A DNA stretch of 64,000 nt, from NCBI GenBank assembly GCA_030390025.1, contig CM059432.1, forward strand, positions 80,292,001-80,356,000, written 5' to 3'. Position 1 is the stretch's first letter. The number at the start of each line of letters is the position of its first letter. The notes under the pieces are model-generated. The model saw only the letters and a program-made list of their open reading frames with translations. It was not told the origin of the DNA and searched no databases. A program made the translations under genes and the position numbers. Below are positions 49,701-62,989 of this stretch, piece by piece. The DNA comes from Squalus acanthias (taxonomy: Eukaryota).

Positions 49701-50497
49701 GTCCTGCAATATGTTTGGGTGATGTGGCAGTCATGGTTGAATAGCTGCCAATGTGTGTGTGCTGAGAGTTGTGGGTGTGATGCTTGCAACAGTGCTAAGT
49801 GTGTGAGGGTGAGGTAAACCATATGAATTGAAGGGTTGAGTACTGATTAATAGAGATTGTTGGTAGGTGGGTGATGGGGGTGTAGTGAATTGAGAAGTGG
49901 ATGAGGCTAGTGCTGCTGTTGGTAGGATATGCCATTTGAAGATTGAACTCACTCACTTTGACAACCCATGTCAGATTGTTAAACTTCTTGCTGCACTGCA
50001 TCCATGTTCTTGGAGCAACACGCCTGGCATTGAACTCCGCCACTATTCCTCCCACTGCCTCCTGAGCATATGTCTGGAGGGTCTCCTGCCCTCTGCGGAT
50101 ATAGGATGTCTCTCCTTTTATCCATGTCTTGCACCAAGGCCTCCAGTGCATTATCAGAAAGGCTTGGACCTTGGTGCAGGCCCTCTCACATGTTCAGCCA
50201 TTCCTCAAAGTATCAGATTCAAACAACTCCCACCACTTCTTGCAACCACATGCACCTCCCCTTTAGGAGGTGCAGGCTGCTTTTAAGTAGCGCTAGCCAC
50301 TCGCAATATCCATCCTCCTGCTGACGAGTGCAACCAATGAACAGCGTGAGTAGCATTGGCTGCACGCAGGAATCATAGAAATTAGCAGGCAGCACCAGCT
50401 TAATGTGCTGCCTACCTACAGCACAATAAACAGGTGCGGGTTAATTGCGTACCGCGATCCCCACGCCCGTATTCAGCGGTTATCCAATTTAACCCCC
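46750..50497. mobile_element. Full-span PIF/Harbinger transposon: HARBI1-like transposase (+) and spliced Myb/SANT gene (-), degraded
   Basis: TIRs AGGTGTTAAATTGG / CCAATTTAACCCCC; TGC TSD at 46747-46749 and 50498-50500. Transposase motifs 'IDCT', 'NRKGFHCLNVQLVCD', 'YPGS', 'IEHTI' at about 47340-48030. Myb 'RTWMQCSKKFNNL' with GTGAGT donor (49956) and CAG acceptor (49670). Confidence 0.88.
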
Positions 50498-52029
50498 TGC
50501 TTCTCTTGTTCTTGGTGGTTGAGGTTGCAGGGGAGGTGGGCGGTTTTCCTACTTTAAAGGGGCTATTTAAATGCGAGTTGCTGTTGTTATTAAGGGAAGT
50601 GCTGTCAGCGTAACCTTGGTGAGTTGAATATAATATGCCCGCCCATTTGTATCCCGGAAACTCCTGGAATTTACAACTGGATTGGAAAGGGGCGGGATTA
50701 TGTCGGTTGCAGGTTCTGCCCCAAATTCCAGCCCCCGCGGACATTGCACCGCAAAACCCCCCTCTCCAACCCTCCATTTTTGTTACATTAATCTAATTCC
50801 ATTTTCTTGGTATGTATTTTACTGCAGTATTGAAGTGATAATCAATCAAATATTAATGATCAAAGATATTGATGCTGAATATGCACAAAGCTAGGCTGTT
50901 GTGCATTTCCCCCTATTATGTTTGGTTTTGTTAGACACGAGTTACGTAGTCAAAGACATGCATCCAGAGTCCATCCTTTTGATAATTATCCTTGGAAATG
51001 TTTCAATTCTTCCAAAGTCTGCCCTGTAGGAATTGCTGTCAGTACAGAATTGTTCCCCTGTTGGTTTGGAGGGACTGCACTCATAGTCATATCTTTTTCA
51101 TTCCCACCAAATGAAGCTCCAGATGTCTTAGTTGTCAGAACACTGCTGATTTATTATTGTACGAACAAAAATTGGTAGATTTTAGAGCGACCCTAAAGAT
51201 GTCAGCAAAGTTCCTAAAATCCCAATGACATGATCAAAGGAAATGACAATATACTGTACAAGCACACTCTTGAAATGTACCCAGAATAGGTAACTGGATG
51301 GTATGGTGTACTAGTAAACTATTCTGTCAGCTCCAATACCTGAGTTCAAGCCCAATCAACCCTGATGGATGGAAGTCTCTTCGCATTCAGCTATAATGGT
51401 ACGACATGAGTTGTGCCCAAGTTGTTTGTGGGTGTGAGTCCACTGAAAAAAGATGGGTGGTGTGGAAAGTGGAAAAATTTGCAAAGATGTGATAGTGGGC
51501 TCTTGTGTGTGGTTTGAGGTTAAGGAAATGGGTAAATGTTTTGTTTCCCTGCACTGATATTCTGCTACCTTAAATATAAAACAACTCTTAGGAAATTATA
51601 CATTAAAATGCATGAAACACTCTGGTCTTATTATATTATACTATCACATTATACATCTGTGATAGCAATGGGATTATCTACAGTATTTTGCTCTTGGATT
51701 GCTAAATTGGAATAGCAATGAGACTATTATTTTATAACAGCACTAGAGGTATTACCTTCACGTTGAGAGTGCATTCACGACATTGTTGTGTACTGGAAAT
51801 GTCAGGTGCTTATAAGTAGTTCTGGTGAGTTGAGGTTTCAGAATGAAGACATTGAACAGCTGAGGAAATGCTTCCTGATGCAGTTAAAAAAAAAAATCAA
51901 TTTAAATCATCTCAAACATTAAGCAGAGGTGCCATGGGTAGTAAGAGTGAATTGTAATCTTAGGCATTCAGTTAGTTATGTTTTGAAGATTAGCTCACAG
52001 TTTAGTGTATATTTCAAACTGATTTTTAT

Positions 52030-52925
52030 ATTTTGTTCTTGGGATGTGGGCAATATATCTGAATATATTGCCCATCCCTAGTTGTCCTGAGAAGGTGGTA
52101 TTGGGCCTTCTCCTTGAACCTTTGCAGTCCTTGTGGTGAAGGTGCTCCCACAATGTTGCTAGGTGGAAAATTCCAGGATTTTGACCCAGCGACGATGAAA
52201 GAATGGTGCTATATGTCCAAGTCGGAGTGGGAGGGGAACGTGCAGTGGTTGGTATTCCCATAATCTTCTGCTCTTGTCCTGCTTGATGGTAAAAGTTGTG
52301 AGGATGGGTGGTGATCTAAGGAGCTAAGCTTGGTGAATGCTGCAGTGCACCCTGTATATCGTACATCATACAGCCACAGTGTGCTGGTGATGGAGGGAGT
52401 GTATATTGAGTTCAATGTCAGGAGTGCCACTCAAGATGACTGCTCTGTTTTAAATGGTATTGTTGTGACTGTACCCCTCCAGCCAAGTGGTGAATATTCC
52501 ATCACATTCCTGACTTGAGCCTTATAAATGGTGGAGAGGTCTTGATGGAACAGGAGGCGAGCTATTCTTTAGAGTACCCAACATCTGTCCTGCGCTTGTA
52601 GCCACGCTGTTGTTACAGCTGGTCCAGTTCAGCTTCTGATGAATGGTGACCCCCCAGTATGTTCATGATGGGGTATTGAGCAATGGTGGTGCCACTGGAG
52701 GTCAGGGGGGAAGTGGTTGGGTACTCTGTTGCATTGCAGAATGTCATTGGCTATTACTTATATGATGCAAAGGTTACTTGTCACTTATCAGCACAAGCTT
52801 GGAGGCTGGCATGGGCTACTTTATTATCAGAGAAGTTGTGAATAGAGCTGAACATGAGTCATCATTAAACGGCCTCATTCCTAATATTCAGATGGAAGGA
52901 AGATCATTGACTAAAGCAGCTGAAT
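52030..52925 (-). mobile_element. Older second-family LINE fragment
   Basis: Reverse 3' end TTGCCCATCCCTA...GAGAAGGTGG and reverse 'EYSPLGW'. Confidence 0.7.
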
Positions 52926-52927
52926 AT

Positions 52928-54292
52928 AGGGGAACCAGTGGACGTAGTGTATTTAGACTTCCAAAAGGCATTTGACAAGGTGCCACACAAAAGATTATTG
53001 CTTAAGGTAAAAAATCACGGGATTGGGGGTAATATTCTGGCATGGATAGAGGATTGGCTATCTAACAGAAAGCAAAGAGTTGGGATAAATGGTTCATTCT
53101 CAGACTGGCAATCAGTAACTAGTGGTGTTCCACAGGGGTCAGTGCTGGGTCCCCAACTCTTTACAATCTATATTAACGATTTGGAGGAAGGGACCAAGTG
53201 TAACATATCAAAATTTGCAGATGATACTAAGATGGGAGGGAAAGTAGTGAGTGAGGAGGACATAAAAAACCTGCAAGGGGACATAGACAGGCTAAGTAAG
53301 TGGGCAGAGATTTGGCAGATGGAATACAACACTGGAAAGTGTGAGGTGATGCACTTTGGCAGGAAAAATCCTAGAGCAATTTATTATCTTAATGGCAAGA
53401 AACTGGAGAGTACTGAAGTGCAAAGGGATCTGGGGGTCCTGGTGCACGAAACTCAAAAGGTTAGTATGCAGGTGCAGCAAGTGATTAAGAAGGCAAATGG
53501 AATGTTGGCTTTCATTGCTAGGGGGATAGAATATAAAAATAGGGAGGTATTGCTTCAGTTGTACAAGGTATTGGTGAGACCGCACCTGGAATACTGCATA
53601 CAGTTTTGGTGTCCTTACTTAAGGAAAGACATCCTTGCTCTCGAGGCAGTGCAAAAAAGGTTCACTCGGTTAATCCCGGGGATGAGGGGGTGGTCATATG
53701 AGGAGAGGTTGGGTAGATTGGGACTCTACTCATTGGAGTTCAGAAGAATGAGAGGCGATCTTATTGAAACATATAAGATTGTGAAGGGGTTGGATCGGGT
53801 GGATGCGGGGAGGATGTTCCCGATGACGGGTGAGACTAGAACTAGGGGACATAGTCTTAGAATAAGGGGCTGCTCTTTCAAAACTGAGATGAGGAGGAAC
53901 TACTTCACTCAGAGGGTGGTAGGTCCATGGAATATGCTGCCACAAAAAGCTGTAGAAGCTACATCATTAAATAAATTTAAAACAGAAATAGACAGTTTCC
54001 GAGAAGTAAAGGGCATTAAGGGTTACAGGGAGCGGGCAGGAATTTGGACATGAGTCTAGGTTCGGATCGGTCATGGCCCTGTGGGTAGTGGAGCGGGCCC
54101 AGGGACTGTGTAGCCTGATTCTGCTCCTATTTCGTGTGTGCAATTCTGTTAGATGCAGGAGATGGTTCTGTGATAGATAGTAGATTGGCGGTTAGGATCA
54201 GATCAGCCATGATCTTATTGAATGGCGGAGCAGGCTCGAGGGGCCGATTGGCCTACTCCTGCTCCTATTTCTTATGTTCTTATGTTCTTATG
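52928..54292 (+). mobile_element. Young 5'-truncated CR1 with uninterrupted RT C-terminal ORF
   Basis: Open 371-aa frame 52938-54053; (TTCTTATG)3 tail. Confidence 0.95.
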
Positions 54293-55524
54293 AATATACT
54301 TGGGTCAAGGATGCTGCAGATAAGTGTTGACAATTTTAAAATGAGTTTTCCTGTTGAGAATGCTTGACATTGGGGGTTTTCAATGCATTTTGAAATGGAA
54401 TGTTGCAAACCACTTGTTATTTTTTATTATATGATACCATTCATCCTCCTCCTGCCACTGTCCCTACCATCCTCTTCCCATCCTTCACTCTACCCCCCAC
54501 CCTCTTCCACCCTTGTCCCTGCCCTCCTCTCTCTCTTTCCCGCCCATGTTAACCTTCATAGTTCTGGCTGACCGTGGTTCAATTAACCCCCGTCCTCTGA
54601 CCCTGCTTAACTTGAAGACCATGCTTGGTCTTGACTCGCTGTGTGCATCACCATGGGAGATCATACAAATATATGTTTTGAATAAACTGCTATGACTAAT
54701 AGTTGGAATTTCGATTTAGTTTCACATTCTTGTCTGTTTTTATCTTTGTCCAATAGGTTAGGTATTTACATCAATGTTTATTTTTAGTTTAAATATTTAA
54801 AAATAAAATGTCGTTCTTAATGGTGTTTGCATATTTATGTAAGCATCTGGTCACCTGTTTTGGATGAGCTAAAGGTTCGTAAAGTATTGTCTGTGTCTAG
54901 CTGACTGTTTGAAGTTTTCCGTGACCAGTCCATTTATCTGTGGCATTTGAGCTCATTAATAGTTGGTACTTTAATGAGATTTTACCACATGCCAAGCTTT
55001 GTGTAAAGCTTTTTGTCTGAACAAGAAATACTTTCCACAATTTTGGTTTTTTTTTCCGGAATCTTACACTGGTTTACATATTTTAATAGCTAATCCACAT
55101 TTGATTTACGCAGCACTTTTAGAGCAAACATCATTGATGCAATGAGTATGTTTGCATAGTTATAAGCTCATATTGTAAAGTTACAGATGCTGGGATCAGA
55201 GTTTTTTCATGGTGGTGGCAATGGAACGGAAGAATTAACTGGGCGTGGGAACTCAGGAACTACCTTGCCTTGTCTAGGATGCATTCTGGTTGGTTATGAT
55301 TATGGTGGAGAGTGTATTCCTGTCCTCTCTTTCCTGTTAGCTTGCTCCTCTTAAAGAAAGTTCTATGGTGGTGGTGTATAGACATGTTCATCAGTTATTT
55401 CATCTGTCACTATCAGTAGTATTATACTTCCCTTGTGGACAGCTCCCAATTTTATAAATTAATGTTGCACATATTTGTGTTGCTACTTTTGAAATAGTTT
55501 TGAAATATTTTGTACTTCTACCTA

Positions 55525-56383
55525 TAGATAGACTAAGTGAGTGGGCATTAAGGTGGCAGATGGAGTATAATGTAGGGAAATGTGAGGTTATTCACTTTGG
55601 TAGGAAGAATAGAAAAACAGAATATTTTTTAAATGGTGAGAAACTTTCAAATGCTGGTGTTCAGAGAGATTTGGGTGTCCTCGTGCAAGAAACACAGAAA
55701 GCTAGCGTGCAGGTACAGCAAGCAATAAGGAAGGCAAATGGCATGTTGGCCTTTATTGCAAGGGGGTTGGAGTATAAGAGTAAGGAAGTCTTGCTACAAT
55801 TGTACGAGGCCTTGGTGAGACCACACCTGGAGTACTGTGCACAGTTTTGGTCTCCTTATCTGAGGAAGGATATACTTGCCTTGGAGGTGGTGCAACGAAG
55901 GTTCACTAGATTGATTCCTGGGATGAGGGGGCTGTCCTATGATGAGAGATTGTGTAGAATGGGCCTATACTCTCTGGAGTTTAGAAGAATGAGAGGTGAT
56001 CTCATTGAAACATAAAAGATTCTGAAGGGGATTGAAAGGGTAGATGCTGAGAGGTTGTTTCCCTTGGCTGGAGTGTCTAGAACTAGGTGGCATAGTCTCA
56101 GGATAAGGGGTAGGCCATTTAAGACTGAGATGAGGAGGAATTTCTTCACTCAGAGGGTTATGAACCTTTGGAATTCTCTGCCCCAGAGGGCAGTGCATGC
56201 TGAGTCTTTGAGTATATTCAAGGCTGAGATAGATAGATTTTTGGACTCTAGGGGAATCAAGGGACATGGAGATCGGGCGGGAAAGTGGAGTTGAGGTCGA
56301 AGATCAGCCATGATCTTATAGAATGGTGGAGCAGGCTCGAGGGGCCGTATGGCCTACTCCTGCTCTTATTTCTTATGTTCTTA
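55525..56383 (+). mobile_element. CR1 3' part
   Basis: 'DRLSEWA...EYCAQFWSPYL'; TTCTTATGTTCTTA tail. Confidence 0.93.
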
Positions 56384-56526
56384 ACTGTACAATTTTTTTT
56401 CATGGAGTTTTTGTCTTTACATACCCAAGCAGTAGCTCTGAAATCAACATTTCCAACTTAAACTTTTTATAATGTGAAGCTAATTTGCTCCCATCTTGTT
56501 TTGGCAGAATAGAAATAACAATCGTT

Positions 56527-57120
56527 GGCCTAGAAATTGGGCCACGTAGCCCCAAAATGGCAGGCAGGAAGTGTGCGCACACTTCTGGCCAGAAGTGCGC
56601 TGACCACCATATTAGGTTAGGACAAACAAGAGGTGTCCTTTACCCATGCCTGAAGCAGGCAGTAGGCCCTTTGCATATGCAAATAAGGGGTTTAACGCCT
56701 ATTTGAGGTCCTCTCTCAAGATTAGTTTTGTCATGAGGCAGCCAGTGCCATCGTGGACTGCACTCAGGGCAATCAGTCCTAGGCATCGCCTGCAACAAAG
56801 GTAAGTAACTTACCTGAACGTAGAGTCGGCTCAGGCCCCGATGCCCAATCGCGGACCCCCCCGGCCTCCTCCCGAACCCTGATCGTTCTCCATCCCTGGC
56901 CCCGTGATTTACGCCCCCGACCGGAGCCACCACCCTGATCCCCTGGGCCCGACCCCTGGACCCATTAATCTGATTTAAGTGGGTTTCTTACCAGTCCTCG
57001 CTTCTTACCATGCCGGCTGTATTACAGTGAGGTTCGAGGCCCAATATCAGGTGCGCCACTGACCTGAGCAGTCTGGTGCCCCCCGTGCGTCCAAAGATGG
57101 GCACTCCTGAATTTCTGGGC
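56527..57120. mobile_element. Harbinger-type MITE
   Basis: TIRs GGCCTAGAAATTGG / TGAATTTCTGGGC. Confidence 0.6.
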
Positions 57121-57201
57121 TATTAAATCTTCAATAAGGACCTAAACTGCAAACCCAACTTAAAGGCAATTTATTTTGAGTAGCCTTTTCTTCTGCTTGT
57201 G

Positions 57202-57735
57202 ACAACAACAACTTATATTTATATATCGCCTTTAATGTAATAAAACGTCCCAAAGTGCTTCACAGTAGTGTTATCAAAAAAAAAAAATTGTGACACAGAG
57301 CCATATAAGGAGATGTTGGGGCAGATGACCAAAAGCTTGGTCGAAGAGGTAGGTTTTAAGGAGCGTCTTAAAGGAGGAAAGAGAAGTGGAGAGGTGGAGA
57401 GGTTTAGGGAGGGAATTCCAGAGCTTAGGACCTAGGCAGCTGAAGGCACGGCCACCAATTGCGGAGCAATTAAAATCGGGGATGTTCAAGAGGCCAGAAT
57501 AGGCAGAGCGCAGAGGTCGAGGGGGATTATAGGGCTGGAGGAGATTACAGAGATAAGGAGGGGTGAGGCCATGGAGGGACTGAAAACAAGGATGAGAATT
57601 TTAAAATCGAGGTGTTGCTTACATGGGAGCCAATGTAGGCGAACAAGCACAGGGGAAATGGGTGAGCGGGACCTGGTGTGAGTTAGCATACGAGCGGCAG
57701 AGTTTTGGATGATCTCAAGTTTATGAAGCATCATG
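57202..57735 (-). mobile_element. L2 LINE 3' end
   Basis: Reverse of 4380-4893, with (CAA)n tail. Confidence 0.88.
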
Positions 57736-57859
57736 CAAGATAGTTTAAAATATAAACTCATATTGTGCATGTGTGGGCATCCATATCTGACATCATCATC
57801 CACTCTGACTTCCTCACATGCCCAGCATGAGTAGACCTTCTAAGACACTTCACTGAGAA

Positions 57860-58756
57860 GACATAAGAAATAGGAGCAGGATTAGACCATTTGACCCTTT
57901 GAGCCTGCTCCGCCATTCAATAAGATCATGGCTGATCTGGTCTTGGCCTCCACTCCACTTTCCCGCTCGCTCCCCATAACCCTTGACTCCCCTGTAGCTC
58001 AACTATCTGTCTATCTCCGCCTTGAATATATTCAATGAATCTGCCTCCACAGCTGTCTGGGGTAGAAAATTCCAAAGATTCACGGCCCTCTGAGAGAAGA
58101 AATTCCTCCTCATCTCCGTTTTAAATGGGCGACCCCTTATTCTGAAACTATGCCCCCTAGTTCTAGATTCCCCCACGAGGGGAAATATCCTCCCTGCATC
58201 TACCCTGTCAAGCCCCCTCAGAATCCTATATGTTTCAATAAGATCCCCTCTCATTCTTCTAAACTCCAATGAGTATAGGCCCAACCTGCTCAACCTTTCT
58301 TCATAAGACAACCCCTTCATCTCCGGAATCAACCTCGTGAACCTTCTCTGAACTGCCTCCAATGCAAGTATATTCCTCCTTAAATAAAGAGACCAAAACT
58401 GTACGCAGTACTCCAGGTGTGGTCTCACCTACGCCCTGTATAGTTGTGGTAAGACTTCCCTACTTTTATATTCCATCCCCCTTGCAATAAAGGCCAACAT
58501 TCCATTTGCCTTCCTAATTACTTGCTGTACCTGCATGCTAACTTTTTGTGTTCCATGTACAAGGACCCCCAGATCCCTCTGTACCGCTGCATTTTGTAGT
58601 TCCCTCCATTTAAAAAATAATTTGCTTTTTTATTTTTCCTACCAAAGTGGATAACCTCACATTTTCCCACATTATACTCCATCTGCCAAATGTTTGCCCA
58701 CTCACTTAACCTAAGTCACTTTGCAGATTCTTTGTGTCCTCTTCACAACTTGCTTT
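57860..58756 (-). mobile_element. CR1 3' part, cut by assembly gap
   Basis: Reverse 'RPHLEYCVQFWS...FKAEIDR'; ACATAAGAAATAGGAGCAGG tail. Confidence 0.92.
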
Positions 58757-58956
58757 NNNNNNNNNNNNNNNNNNNNNNNNNNNNNNNNNNNNNNNNNNNN
58801 NNNNNNNNNNNNNNNNNNNNNNNNNNNNNNNNNNNNNNNNNNNNNNNNNNNNNNNNNNNNNNNNNNNNNNNNNNNNNNNNNNNNNNNNNNNNNNNNNNNN
58901 NNNNNNNNNNNNNNNNNNNNNNNNNNNNNNNNNNNNNNNNNNNNNNNNNNNNNNNN
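58757..58956. other. Assembly gap (200 N)
   Basis: Run of N. Confidence 0.99.
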
Positions 58957-59714
58957 TGTGTATTTCTTTGTGTCACATAACAGGAGGAAGGTAATCTGCA
59001 CAGGAGAAGGCCTCCATAATTGCAAGCCCTTGGGTCCCTTCAAAGAGGCCATGCTAGACATCATTGGTGATCATTGCCAATGGCCTACCCCAAGCTCTAT
59101 TTTGATCATGATGCTTTTTTTCTCTTGTGCTCTCTCTGCTTCCTTACTCATTAACATATTGGTATGAACTTATAGCATCACAGCATATTGCCATGCAAGA
59201 ACTGTTTGAAGGGACACTTTGCATTGTAACATATGTTCCTCTTCAGTTTCAGTGCCAGTGGCAGAGTACAAGCCAGCACCTCACTGAGGAAGTACTTAGA
59301 AGAAGCAATAACATAGGATAGAAAAGATGCACACCATACACTATCACAAAGTGAAACACCAGGTCAAGAAACTCTAAACTCACATACATATAATCATAAA
59401 TAGGAGCAGAAATTGGTTGTACTTCATTTCAACTTTGTCCAGAGAGTTTATTTGTGATGGCGGAGAATAAGGTAGAAGCACAGCAAAGGATGGACATTCA
59501 TGGTAGTAGAGATAGCATGAAGTGTAAATGTATGAATCACTTATTTTATGCCATCTATGGGCAGCAAATCGGCTAAATTCCAGATGATGTCCATGCTAGT
59601 ATTCTAAGTTTAGACTCGTCCTTAGATATTCTCTCAGGTACAGTGGTCACTCCCGCAAGTGGTCTGAGCATCTTAAATTTAGAAGTGTGTCCGTACTGCA
59701 CAATATCTGCATAA

Positions 59715-60078
59715 TCAAAATCATGAGGGGTCTGGACAGAGTAGATAGAGGGAAACTGTTCCCATTGGCAGAAGGGTTAAGAATCAGAGGACACAGATTT
59801 AAGGTGATTGGCAAAAGAACCAAAGGCGACATAAGAAAAAACTTTTTTACTCAGCGAGTGGTTAAGATCTGGAATACACTGCCTGAAAGGGTGGCGGAGG
59901 CAGATTCAATCACGGCTTTCAAAAGGGAGTTGGATAAGTATCTGAAGGAAAGAAATTTGCAGGGCTATGGGGAAAGGGCGGGGGAGTGGGACTAGCTGAA
60001 GTGTTCTTGCAGAGAGCCAGCACGGGCTCAACGGGCCGAATGGCCTTCTTCCGTGCTGTAAACATTCTATGATTCTAT
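59715..60078 (+). mobile_element. CR1 3' end (subfamily of 41800-46098)
   Basis: Near-identical to 45745-46098. Confidence 0.9.
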
Positions 60079-60905
60079 ATAACTCCGGGACGTAACAATA
60101 GGACTCCCTTGTGATCGGAACTGGATGTGTGTCTTTTGCACATTCCCCCATGTGCACCTCTTCAATATTTTTGAGAAAGTACTTGATAGGACAAGGCCAG
60201 ATACAAATTGTTAAGCTGCTTTATTTCACAGACAACAAGTGAACATATAGAGCAGCAATTATGATCAGACTCACTTAATTCAATCTCAATACAATTTGAA
60301 TTTTGCATAATAATATAAATGAACACACCACACTTCCTTAAATCAGTGAGTCATTTTGCTTGGTTTAAACAAAATAACTTCTAACTACTTTCCTTCATCT
60401 TAACTTTCTGAGTTTAGGTGAAGGTCTGACCTAGCAGCTTTTTGTTTAAAAATATGACTTGTATGACACTTATGACCCTATCTGTTTGTATTTTTACCTC
60501 CCTGTGTTCACAATAAAGAGAGGGTCTGTGCCAGACAATCCCCGCTAATCACCTGGGACCAGGGACTTCCCAATACAGTGGGTATGAGGTGTTTATTGAT
60601 AACGGAGACAGGCTAACAAATTACTTATTGTCTCAGTCTTTGGGGAAACAACTACAATACCGAACTCATTAGCATTTTAACCACCTCTTTTCTTCGTACT
60701 TTTAAAAAAAATGTTTAATTACACTTTGCTTTAAAAACGCAACATTTAAATAAAACTCTTTCCAAAATGCTACCTATAGGAAAAATGATCAGAAATCTAA
60801 AAACCTGGCAGCTAGCCTGAAAGGAGACAAAGGCATAAGAGCTGGGGAATGTGGTGACGTTGGTGACAGTACCATTCCTGTGGTGGATATTTTCTGAAGA
60901 TATCT

Positions 60906-61470
60906 ATAGAATCATAGAATAGTACAGCCCAGAAGGAGGCCATTCGGCCCATCGAGTCTTTCGAAGAGCAATCCAGTTAGTCCCACTACCCCGCTCTTTC
61001 CCCATATCCTTGCAATTTGTTCTCCTTAAAGTTTTTATCCAATTGCCTTTTGAAGGCTACTTTGAATCTGTATCCACCACCCTATCAGGCAGTGCATTCC
61101 AAATCCTAACCACTCGTTGCGTAAAAAAGTTTTTCCTCATGTCGCCTCTGGTTCTTTTGCCAATCACCTTAAATCTGTGCTCTCTGGTTATTAACCCTTC
61201 ATCCATTGGGAGCAGTTTCTCTTTATTTACTCTATCGAAACCCTTCATAATTTTAAATACCTCTATCAAATCTCTTAGCCTTCTCTGCTCTAAGGAGAAC
61301 AATCCCAGCTTCTCCAGTCTATCCGTGTAACTGTATTCCCTCATCCCTGGAGCCATTCTAGTAAATCTTCTGTTCCCTCTCCAAAACCTTCACATCCTTC
61401 CTAAAATATAGTGCCCAGAATTGCACTAAATGCTCCAGCTGGGGCTGAACTAGTGTTTTATATAGGTTTA
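60906..61470 (-). mobile_element. CR1 3' end
   Basis: Reverse 'LEKLGLFSLEQRRLR...FTQRVVRIWNALP'; ATAGAATCATAGAAT tail. Confidence 0.9.
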
Positions 61471-62229
61471 TATATGATCTCTATAGCTAATGGCATGGCT
61501 CTGCAACTGGCTCCCTGCTGACTTGGAGCTTGTGGATGCAGTCCTCCTAGGTTATTGCTAGGTAGATGTGCCAGGGTTTGCAGACATGGTTGGCTTTGTT
61601 GTCAGCTGATTTCCCTCTCATGGCAACTTTCATCTTGTATCATTTCAACTGTTAAGTACTGTGATTTAAAAGCAAACTCCTTCACTAATTTTAAATTGAC
61701 TTGCCAAAAATGCATCTGAGCCTCTTAAGAGCTCCCTTCCACATAATGCTTAACTTTAACATCCATTGTGAATGGACTGAATTAACGCTGAGCAGGACTT
61801 TCGGCTGAAGGTTGTGAATCTTTACTTTTACAAAAAGGCCCTTATTTGTATGCCGAGCACATGTTTTATGAAGTTCTTGAGCATTATGTGTGACAGCACC
61901 ATACACCAGCATAAAGATTGGCTGGAAATTTGCATGGGAGAGGTTTTCAAGTGGCGATCGGGTGCGATTGTGGAATGCGAGATTTCCCGTCTCTGCACAC
62001 TCGATTCCTGAATATTCTCACCGGTTGGAAATTTTAACCCTTGGTGATTTCAATACTTTTGGCAGTCTTGGACTCTTTTTCTCTTTTTTTTCTTCAGTCT
62101 GTCTTCCGTATGTTTCCTGCTGTGTCTATTTGACAAGTTCCTTTTCTGATTTACTAAATTTGTGACTTTTTAAAGCTAGGCACACAATTGGGAGCACTCT
62201 TACCTCCGAGTGTCATCATATTTGGCCCC

Positions 62230-62950
62230 CACCACAAATCTCCCTCACTTGCCACTAAATCCATCCCATTCCCTGGCCACCCTCTCAGGCTGAACTAGAC
62301 GATTCAGTGTCTTGGCATCCTGTTCAATCCTGAGCTGAGTTTTAAACCCCACATCCTATTCATCGACACAGACTGCTCCATCACCGGCACAACATTGCCG
62401 GCCTTTGCCCCTACCTCAACCCTTTCATTACTGAAAGCTTTATTTAACTCCCAGATTTGACTACTGTAATGCTCTCTTTGCTGTCCTCCCATCCTCCACC
62501 CTCTGTAAACTCCAACTTCTCCAAGGCTGTGCTGCATGTATCCTGTCCCGCACTAAGTTCCACCACTCCCGTTCTTGCTGAGTTCCCTCTCCCATAACAT
62601 CATAAATTCAAAATCTTTGTGATTATATATTAGATCCCTCCATGGCCTTGCCCCAACAGATCTCTGCAATTTCCTCCCGCCCTATATCCATTCCTGAATA
62701 TTTGTTCCTCTGACACTGGCCTTTTGTGCATCCTCTCTCCCTTCACCTCACTATTGATGGTCGAGCTTTTGGCCATCTTAATCCAACTCTCTGGAAATCC
62801 CTACTTTTATCCTTTCACCTCTGCACCTCCACCTCCATCTCCATCTTTAAAAACTCTGCAAAACCCATCTCATGGACTAAGCTTTCAGTTAGTTCACCTA
62901 ATCTCTACTTTCTTGGATTAGCATCCTTTTTACCAACAGCTATTTGTTAA
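62230..62950 (+). mobile_element. Degraded L2 LINE 3' region
   Basis: Similar to 4300-4800 (ATTCAAAATC...TCCCTCCATGGCCT...CTCTGGAAATCCCT). Confidence 0.65.
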
Positions 62951-62989
62951 GTGTGATATTAACTGTGCCGTATAACTGCAAGTTGTTTT

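Noticed and set aside
52938..54053. Host gene from the 371-aa ORF
   Set aside because: It is the C-terminal part of CR1 ORF2 in a 5'-truncated copy.
58690..59167. ORFs containing X runs
   Set aside because: Artefacts of the 200-N gap.
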